DNA of 50,257 bases. Source: a virus. Its lineage: Duplodnaviria; Caudoviricetes. The stretch is taken from the IMG/VR virus record IMGVR_UViG_3300037470_000506, positions 1 to 50,257 of that record. The stretch is one strand, 5' to 3'. Position numbers and translations under genes: made by a program. This document shows, one piece after another, positions 44,096 through 50,257 of this stretch; the stretch's first letter is position 1, and each line of letters begins with the position of its first letter. The notes below the pieces were generated by a model. The model saw nothing but the letters and a program-made list of their open reading frames with translations. It was not told where the DNA came from and made no database searches.

Positions 44096-46617
44096 CAGGC
44101 AACCTCCGCCGGATCGATAGCCGCCAGGTCGAACAGGGTCGGCATAGAGGCATGGCGCGCCGCGGCCTCCACGTAGGCGACGCCATCGGTGAAGTACGTC
44201 GGGTTGAGCTCGACGCCGATCGCCTGGCGCCCGAGCTTGAGCGCGCAGTAGGGCACTGTCATCAGGCCCCCGAACGGGTCGTAGACCGTGTCGCCCTCGT
44301 TGCTGAACTGGACGATCAGCCGGTCGACGATGTCGAACTGGAGCGGGCACAGGTGGTACGCCTGGCCCTTCTGGTACTGGTTGAGGTTGAGGGTCCGCAT
44401 GCGCGCCACGTCGGTCCACACGTCGGGATGCCATGACGGCGGCTGGAGCAGCATGAAGGTGACGGGCAGCCGCCCCTTCGCCTCGAGCGCTTCGCCTAGC
44501 GCGACGTGCGCCTCGAAGTCGTATAGCTCCGTGAGGTTGTGGTCACGGAAGAGGCGGAAGATCTTGTCGTGCGCGATGCCTTCGAGATCCTCGGGCGTGA
44601 GCGGTCGGTTGCCGTTGCTACGCGCGAAGCCGTGCGCATCGATCTGCCAGCGCGAGCGGGTGTAGGTGGCCTTGCTCTTCACGACCGGCACGTCCGCGTA
44701 GCCGTTGGATCGATCGGTGGGCGGCTTCCGGAAGAGCAGGATGTACTCGGGCAGCCCGGCGCCCATCTTCGTCCCGTCCTTGGTCTGCTCCGTCCAGCCG
44801 AGGCGATAGGTCTGGTTGTTCTCACGGACGACGTCGGTGACGATCGTCTTCATGCCCAGGAAGGCGAAGCCGTGGCCGGTGTAGTGGGTGATCGCCTCGG
44901 CGTGGAACGGCTGCACCGTCTGGAAGCCGTAGCCGGTCATGCCGCCAGGCACCACCCGATCCTTGACGTGGATAGCCGCGACCCGCCCGGGCTGGAGCAC
45001 GCGCAACAGCTCGGGGGTCAGGTAGTCCATCTGTTCCCAGAAGTGGGCGTTGTCCTCGGTATGGCCGAAGTCGTTGTAGCTCGGCGTGTACTCGTACTGC
45101 GTCGCGAACGGGATGCTGGTGACGATCAGCCCGACCGATGCGGCCGCCATGCGCGCTGTTTCTTCGACGGCGTCGGCGTTGACGATCAGGTAGCCCTCGC
45201 CGGCGACCTCGCGACGCTCGACGCCGATCGACCGCCGCAACCCAGACGCGATCGCTTCGCGTGCCAGGCCGTGCTCGGTGATGATGGCGCCCATGCGGGC
45301 GACCATCTGCTCGTGCTGCTCCCACTTCCGCTCGAGGCTCCCCCGGATCTCGCGCTCGGCCTCGGTGTAGATCAGGTCGATCCGGACCGGCTCGTCCTGG
45401 AGGAAGCGGTGGATGCGATGCACCGCCTGGATGAAGTCGCTGAACTTGAAGCCGATGCCGACGAAGATCGCGCGATGGCAGTGGCGCTGGAAGTTGCAGC
45501 CTGAGCCGAGCATGACTGGCTTCCCGGCCAGGATCCGGTAGTCGCCGTCGCTGAACCCGATGACCCGGCGCTCGCGCTCGTCGAGATCCTGCGTGCCCCA
45601 CACCGTGACGGCCTCGGGCAGCGAGGCCTCGATGGCGCGGCGCTCATCCTCCAGGTCGTGCCACAGCAGGAAGTGATCGTCGGGGTCCGCGTCGACCAGC
45701 TCGCACATCGTGGCGACCCGCGCCTCGAGGCTGGTCCGCTTCTCGCGCGACGCCTCCTGCACGCCGAGCGCAGCGTTCCGGAACATCCGCCCGCGGCCGT
45801 GCCGATCGAAGTCGCCCTCGCTGGTGGATGGCAGCTCATGCCAGCGCACATCGAGCGCGGGCAAGACGTAGCCCTCGTCGGAGTACCCGAGGTCGGAGGG
45901 CTTCTGAATGAACAGGGCCCACGAGGCGACCCACATCCAGAAGTCGTGCTCCATGTGCGGCAGCAGGGTGAGCTTGTCGGCCTTCGTGCTGTCGCGCTTG
46001 AAGAATCGAGTCTTCGCCTGGCCGACATCCATGATGTCGAGGAAGGCGGCGTAGGCCAGCAGCTCGATGTACTCGTTCGGCGACGGGGTGGCCGTGGCCA
46101 CGAAGCGGTACCGGGCGGTGCCCTCGTACAGGCGCATGAACTCCCGGAAGGTCTTCGTGCCACCGAAGCCGCGCAGGATGGCCGCCTCGTCGAGGCTCAC
46201 GACGGTGAAGGCCCGAGGGTCCAGCTTCCCCTCGCGCACCGATTCGTAGTTCGTCAGGTAGATGCCGTCGCCGGCGGCCTCCTCGTTGGTGCGGATGAAG
46301 GTTGGCGCTAGCCCGAGCATCCGGGCGTCGCGCGTGAACTCCTGCCGCACGCCGAGCGGGAGCACGATGAGACCCTTGCCGCCCTCATGGGCGAGAACGA
46401 GGCGCACGATCTCCAGCTGAATGAGCGTCTTGCCCAGGCCGAACGACGCGAACACCGCGCGCCGGCCGCCGCGGATCGCCCACACCACGGCGTCCCGCTG
46501 GTGCGGCTTGAGGATCGGGTTGACGTCGGACGGGTCCACCTCCATGCCGCTCGCGGTGGCGAGCTCGGCCTTCGCCTCCAGAAACGCGGCGTAATCGGTG
46601 CGCTCGGCAACGGTCAC
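44095..46617 (-). CDS. SF2 (SNF2-like) helicase fused to an N4/N6 DNA methyltransferase
   Basis: FGLGKT, LDEA, TATPSPN, QAVHRIHRF; IVTSIPF, HLCP, VYDPFGG...GVEL. Confidence 0.88.
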   Translation of the reverse strand: MTVAERTDYAAFLEAKAELATASGMEVDPSDVNPILKPHQRDAVVWAIRGGRRAVFASFGLGKTLIQLEIVRLVLAHEGGKGLIVLPLGVRQEFTRDARMLGLAPTFIRTNEEAAGDGIYLTNYESVREGKLDPRAFTVVSLDEAAILRGFGGTKTFREFMRLYEGTARYRFVATATPSPNEYIELLAYAAFLDIMDVGQAKTRFFKRDSTKADKLTLLPHMEHDFWMWVASWALFIQKPSDLGYSDEGYVLPALDVRWHELPSTSEGDFDRHGRGRMFRNAALGVQEASREKRTSLEARVATMCELVDADPDDHFLLWHDLEDERRAIEASLPEAVTVWGTQDLDERERRVIGFSDGDYRILAGKPVMLGSGCNFQRHCHRAIFVGIGFKFSDFIQAVHRIHRFLQDEPVRIDLIYTEAEREIRGSLERKWEQHEQMVARMGAIITEHGLAREAIASGLRRSIGVERREVAGEGYLIVNADAVEETARMAAASVGLIVTSIPFATQYEYTPSYNDFGHTEDNAHFWEQMDYLTPELLRVLQPGRVAAIHVKDRVVPGGMTGYGFQTVQPFHAEAITHYTGHGFAFLGMKTIVTDVVRENNQTYRLGWTEQTKDGTKMGAGLPEYILLFRKPPTDRSNGYADVPVVKSKATYTRSRWQIDAHGFARSNGNRPLTPEDLEGIAHDKIFRLFRDHNLTELYDFEAHVALGEALEAKGRLPVTFMLLQPPSWHPDVWTDVARMRTLNLNQYQKGQAYHLCPLQFDIVDRLIVQFSNEGDTVYDPFGGLMTVPYCALKLGRQAIGVELNPTYFTDGVAYVEAAARHASMPTLFDLAAIDPAEVA

Positions 46618-46940
46618 GGCAGGGCTAGCTCCTGCTGGATGCCCTCAGCCGCCCACAGGCGCGCGACCTCCGCCCACGACAGACGGAAGCACTCGGTGTA
46701 GATCGCGCTGTCGGCATCCGGCTCACGGCCGTAGGTGCGCCATGCCTCGACGCCCCATCCCTGACACTGGACGTACCACCGCTCGGAGGTCGAGTGCCCG
46801 CACCCGAGGCAGGTCCGGGTCGGATAGTGCGGATCGCGATGCCACCCCGCCGGCTTCTCGAACTCGCGGGCGAGCCACGCGCGCTCTTCTTGTGCCGGCA
46901 CGTACGGCTGCTGCCAACCCTGCAGCTTCGGGCCGATCAT
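46614..46940 (-). CDS. Hypothetical protein
   Basis: Coupled ORF, CLGC. Confidence 0.55.
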   Translation of the reverse strand: MIGPKLQGWQQPYVPAQEERAWLAREFEKPAGWHRDPHYPTRTCLGCGHSTSERWYVQCQGWGVEAWRTYGREPDADSAIYTECFRLSWAEVARLWAAEGIQQELALP

Positions 46941-47347
46941 GCGACGCTCGCCTCCGCGTTCAGCCAGTCGAGCGCCTCACGGCTCGTGCCCACGCCGAGC
47001 TTCGAGCGGATCACGAACAGCGTCTGCGCCACCGCCTCGACCGAGACGCCCCGGAAGTCAGCGACGCCCACGTAGGAGCCGAGCTGCTGGTAGAGGCGCA
47101 GCGTGTCGATCTGATGGGCCGTCAGGCGCGGCGCGATGCCGAGTGACCTGCGCGCTCGGCCCTCGACGGCGTCGATGCGCAGCAGGTTGGCTCGGTGGCC
47201 CGCCTGGAACGCACGCTCGAGGCGCTCGATGCTCGGCAGGGGCAGGTCTAGCTCCGGAGCCGCGAGCTTGGCGATGAGCGCCTCGACACGGCGGATCAGC
47301 GCGTCAGCGCGCTCGGTCGCCGTACGGTCGCGAAGCTCAACGGACAT
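46937..47347 (-). CDS. LuxR/GerE-type HTH regulator
   Basis: LTAHQIDTLRL...VADFRGVSVEAV...IRSKLGV. Confidence 0.7.
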   Translation of the reverse strand: MSVELRDRTATERADALIRRVEALIAKLAAPELDLPLPSIERLERAFQAGHRANLLRIDAVEGRARRSLGIAPRLTAHQIDTLRLYQQLGSYVGVADFRGVSVEAVAQTLFVIRSKLGVGTSREALDWLNAEASVA

Positions 47348-47673
47348 CAGGTCCAGCCCTCGTTGAGCTCTTCGTCGGACGACACGATGAAGCCGCGGGT
47401 CTTGGCCTCAGCCGGGTGCTCGTGAATGAATCGGTGACAGGCGCGGTGAGCGGACACGAGCGTGCGCAGGTCATCCTTCCCGCCGTGGCTGCGCGCGAGC
47501 CGGTGGTGCGGATCGAGGTGGCCGCCGGGGCGCAGGCACCACTGGCAAGTCCGGCGGTCGCGCTCGAACATCTGCCGACGGGTGTCCGGCGGGACGCCAC
47601 GGATGCGACGGCGGAAGCGCTGGCGCGCCTCCTTCGCGATGGGCGTTGGCTTCGGGGCAGGGTGCAGCGTCAC
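47347..47673 (-). CDS. HNH endonuclease
   Basis: ERDRRTCQWC...DPHHR..RSHGG...HRACHRFIH. Confidence 0.85.
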   Translation of the reverse strand: MTLHPAPKPTPIAKEARQRFRRRIRGVPPDTRRQMFERDRRTCQWCLRPGGHLDPHHRLARSHGGKDDLRTLVSAHRACHRFIHEHPAEAKTRGFIVSSDEELNEGWT

Positions 47674-48074
47674 AGATGAGCCTCTTGCTTCACGGGTGGT
47701 GTCCAGTTCCAGAAGCCGAGCGAGCCACGGGCCGGGATCGGCACGTCGAACGCCGTCGGGTGATAGACGAACCAGGCGTAGCGCCCGTCCGCGAAGTCGC
47801 CGAACCACAACTCCTCAGCGCTGAGCGTGTGGCGGACCTCGTGTGTCGGCGCGCAGCCCATCAGGCTCACGGTGCCGAGCACGGCTCCGAGCGGGAGCGC
47901 GTCGGGATCGAGGCCGAAGTCGATCGCCGCCTCGCGCGCGTAGGCCGGCATGCTCTTCGAGGCATGGATCGCGATGCGCTCGCGGATCGACGTCGACCAT
48001 CCACGAGTCTCGACCTTCTTGCGGCCGGTCACGACGAGCGTCGCCCATGGCTGGGTCAGGCTGAGAGCCTTCAC
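47670..48074 (-). CDS. ASCH-domain protein
   Basis: MKALSLTQPWATLV..G.K.VETRGW...IAIHA...RGSLGFW. Confidence 0.9.
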   Translation of the reverse strand: MKALSLTQPWATLVVTGRKKVETRGWSTSIRERIAIHASKSMPAYAREAAIDFGLDPDALPLGAVLGTVSLMGCAPTHEVRHTLSAEELWFGDFADGRYAWFVYHPTAFDVPIPARGSLGFWNWTPPVKQEAHL

Positions 48075-48316
48075 AGACCGGCTCCGACCTGCTTCGGCTG
48101 ATTCGATGGCCAGTCCGGCGGGCCGTTCGTCGCGCGATGCTCATCGCAGTACATGCCGCGTCGACGCCATTCCTCGATATCGAGTGTCACGACCTCGGCG
48201 CCGCCAGCCGCCAGCTCTTCAGCGGCAGACTTTCGAGCACGCTCGGGATCACGATCGAGGACGAACACCGCCGCGTTGCAACCGCACGCCTCGTAGACCG
48301 CGATGACCTTGCTCAC
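48071..48316 (-). CDS. Hypothetical protein
   Basis: Coupled ORF, CGC...CDEH. Confidence 0.55.
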   Translation of the reverse strand: MSKVIAVYEACGCNAAVFVLDRDPERARKSAAEELAAGGAEVVTLDIEEWRRRGMYCDEHRATNGPPDWPSNQPKQVGAGL

Positions 48317-48546
48317 GAGGCGATCTCCAATCTCAACTGCTCGGGCTTCTCGATGAGCCGGTACTGCCAGACAGCGCTCTTCGGATCACGCCGCTTCTCG
48401 ATGCGATAGCCGAGCAGCGCGAGCTCGTGCAGCCGGCCGCCGAATCGCAGGCCGCCGACGTCGGGCGATGCCAGGTCGAGGCCGCGGACGAACGCACCGT
48501 CAGCGGCGCGGAGGCGGGACAGGACGCGGGCTGCGGACGGCTTCAT
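48313..48546 (-). CDS. Winged-HTH protein
   Basis: RVLSRL...RFGGRLHELALLGYRIE...YRL. Confidence 0.65.
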   Translation of the reverse strand: MKPSAARVLSRLRAADGAFVRGLDLASPDVGGLRFGGRLHELALLGYRIEKRRDPKSAVWQYRLIEKPEQLRLEIAS

Positions 48547-49100
48547 GCGACCTGCTCTCCCGACGGCGAGTAGCGGTGGAGGCGGCCTTGCCGCCACGGC
48601 TCATGCCCGGCGGGTAGCTCGCATGGCTGCTCGGTAATCGACGATCGAACCGGGCAGCGAAGAGCGTCGAGCAGTTCGCTGGCCGACTGCACGAGTCCGG
48701 TTGCCATGCGGTACATGAGCTCGGGGTTTGAGCCACCCGGTGCCGGGAACTCGGCCTCGTCGAGAACGATCCACAGCGGCTTGCCGGCTCCGACGAACCA
48801 CCCGGCTTCGAGGTGTGCGGAGCGGCCGCACGGCAGGACCAGGACGCCAGCGTCGGCCCACTGCATCGCGCTGAAGTCGGAGTCGAAGCCGGCGACGGCG
48901 ATCGGATGCTCGATCGCGTCGAGGTACTTCGCCGCGTTCCACCGCTGCCAGTCCTCATCGACCTCAGCCCATGAGAACCCGAGGTGGTCGCCGCCGGGCG
49001 GGTGCATGAAGTCGTAGACCTCGTGGCCAGCCGATCGCAGCAGCGCGACGGTGTTCTGCTGGTAGGGATTGCGCCAGGACGACGCGACGTAGAGCTTCAT
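48543..49100 (-). CDS. Nucleoside 2-deoxyribosyltransferase-like protein
   Basis: KLYVASSWRN...GHEVYDF...D...AD..VLVLPCGRSAHLEAGW. Confidence 0.75.
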   Translation of the reverse strand: MKLYVASSWRNPYQQNTVALLRSAGHEVYDFMHPPGGDHLGFSWAEVDEDWQRWNAAKYLDAIEHPIAVAGFDSDFSAMQWADAGVLVLPCGRSAHLEAGWFVGAGKPLWIVLDEAEFPAPGGSNPELMYRMATGLVQSASELLDALRCPVRSSITEQPCELPAGHEPWRQGRLHRYSPSGEQVA

Positions 49101-49233
49101 GCTCCGGCCTCATCGGTCGGGTCGTAGGGCACCGGGATGGCGGTCTGACTCATCTCGCGCAGCAGGGCGATCGTCAGCAGCAGGGCAGCGGTGGCAACGC
49201 CGGCGAGGAAGCCGATGGCGAAGCGATCGAGGC

Positions 49234-49815
49234 TCACGAGGCGCGCATCTCCAGCACCGCGCGCTCAAGGTCGGTCAGGTCCCATACCGCCAGGACGGCA
49301 TAGAGGTCGCCGCCGATATGCTTCAGGAGCGCCGGGTCATGTGGCGCGCGGCGCGTGTTGGGCGCCCGCCACACGGCCTCCCACAGGACGTGGTAGCCGC
49401 TGAGCGAGTGGCGTGGTCGGAGGCGCGGCGGGATCAGCGGCATGGTCGCCCAGCGGTTCGTCAGCCACTTCGCGTTGTTGCGCGGGAGGGTGTCGGGCGG
49501 AAGCTGAAACACCCGGTCACGAGCTCGAACGTTGCCGGCGGGCGCGAAGCGGCACGAGCCGTCACGGTCCATCGTCACCTGCACCGAGGCCTCGTCGGCG
49601 CGGGCGATCGCCAGGCGCGGCCGGCCCTGGTCGTCGACGCCTCCGGCCGCGATCGTCTCGGACAGGCGGATCAACTGCTTCCCCTCGCGCAGCGCCTTGT
49701 AACCGCGCATTAGCTCGCCGTCAATCTGGTTGCGCTCGGCCATGAAGGCGGCGCGGTACTCGCGGAACGCCGCCTCGGCGGCCTCCTGCGGCATGGTCAT
49801 CGGATTCAGGTTCAC
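49234..49815 (-). CDS. Conserved-looking phage hypothetical protein
   Basis: PLIPPRLRP...YHVLWEA.W...DPALLKH...VLAVWDLTDLER. Confidence 0.7.
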   Translation of the reverse strand: MNLNPMTMPQEAAEAAFREYRAAFMAERNQIDGELMRGYKALREGKQLIRLSETIAAGGVDDQGRPRLAIARADEASVQVTMDRDGSCRFAPAGNVRARDRVFQLPPDTLPRNNAKWLTNRWATMPLIPPRLRPRHSLSGYHVLWEAVWRAPNTRRAPHDPALLKHIGGDLYAVLAVWDLTDLERAVLEMRAS

Positions 49816-50257
49816 GACTCGTCTCCTTCCGTGAGCGAGGCTCGGAGTTGATCGGCGTCGGGCCGCTTCGCCGCTTCCTTGGCGGCATCGGCGCGCTGGC
49901 GCGGGGACTGCTTGGCGACGCGGAGCGCTTGGCGGATCGGCCGCTCCTGCCGCTCGAACCACTCGCCGTACACCTTCGGAGCGGCCAGGTCGAGAGCGGC
50001 GAACACCTGGTCGAAGTCGGCGGTCGTCAGATCCGTGAGGGGCTGTGGCTCATCGAAGCCGAGCACCGCAGCGGCATACGTCTCCAGCGATGCGGGATCG
50101 GTGAACGACGCCGGCTGGCTGCCGGGGGGAACGGCTTGTCCAGCCGGCGTCGTATCTGTTGCCCGCGCCGCCGGAGCGGGGGGCGACTCCGGCTGCGCGG
50201 TAGCCGGAGCGGAGGCGCCCAATTCCTCCGGTTCCGGCGTATCTGACCCGCGCTGCA
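49812..50257 (-). CDS. recT: RecT C-terminal extension (3' part of the gene starting at 1193)
   Basis: Frame continues ...DTP-E-P-E-E-L-GASAPATAQ... across the circular junction. Confidence 0.85.
   Translation of the reverse strand, partial: QRGSDTPEPEELGASAPATAQPESPPAPAARATDTTPAGQAVPPGSQPASFTDPASLETYAAAVLGFDEPQPLTDLTTADFDQVFAALDLAAPKVYGEWFERQERPIRQALRVAKQSPRQRADAAKEAAKRPDADQLRASLTEGDES

Overview
The window is an apparently complete, circularly assembled temperate siphovirus genome of high GC (about 70% by eye). Bases 1-25 are identical to 50233-50257, and a RecT gene reads in frame across that junction. Almost all genes are on the minus strand. Modules: (i) Cro/CI-like switch (5049-5731) followed by early genes with YqaJ exonuclease + RecT; (ii) replication and nucleic-acid metabolism (nucleoside deoxyribosyltransferase-like, ASCH, HNH, SF2 helicase-methyltransferase fusion, HNH-containing initiator, RuvC-like resolvase, minimal PolX, DUF4326, MmcB-like nuclease); (iii) excisionase, tyrosine integrase and an intact attP whose core looks like a tRNA 3' end, probably tRNA-Glu; (iv) RtcB and a lysis cassette; (v) HK97-type head and long non-contractile tail genes. 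The most unusual stretch is 35.15-37.8 kb, beside attP. It is an array of small ORFs built from unrelated variable segments joined by two near-identical in-frame DNA repeats (encoding RPPASGEPSTE and AEARATPPSLD), one of which also supplies start and stop codons; this is a candidate recombination-shuffled cassette system. Other oddities: a glycosyltransferase/acetyltransferase/PIG-L deacetylase trio inside the head module, a portal with an extra domain plus a C-terminal HTH, an HNH-to-P-loop-kinase read-through where small terminase is expected, and a duplicated Cys/His-rich gene sharing a 25-bp junction sequence. All family calls are from motif recognition by eye; no searches were run and the host is not determined.
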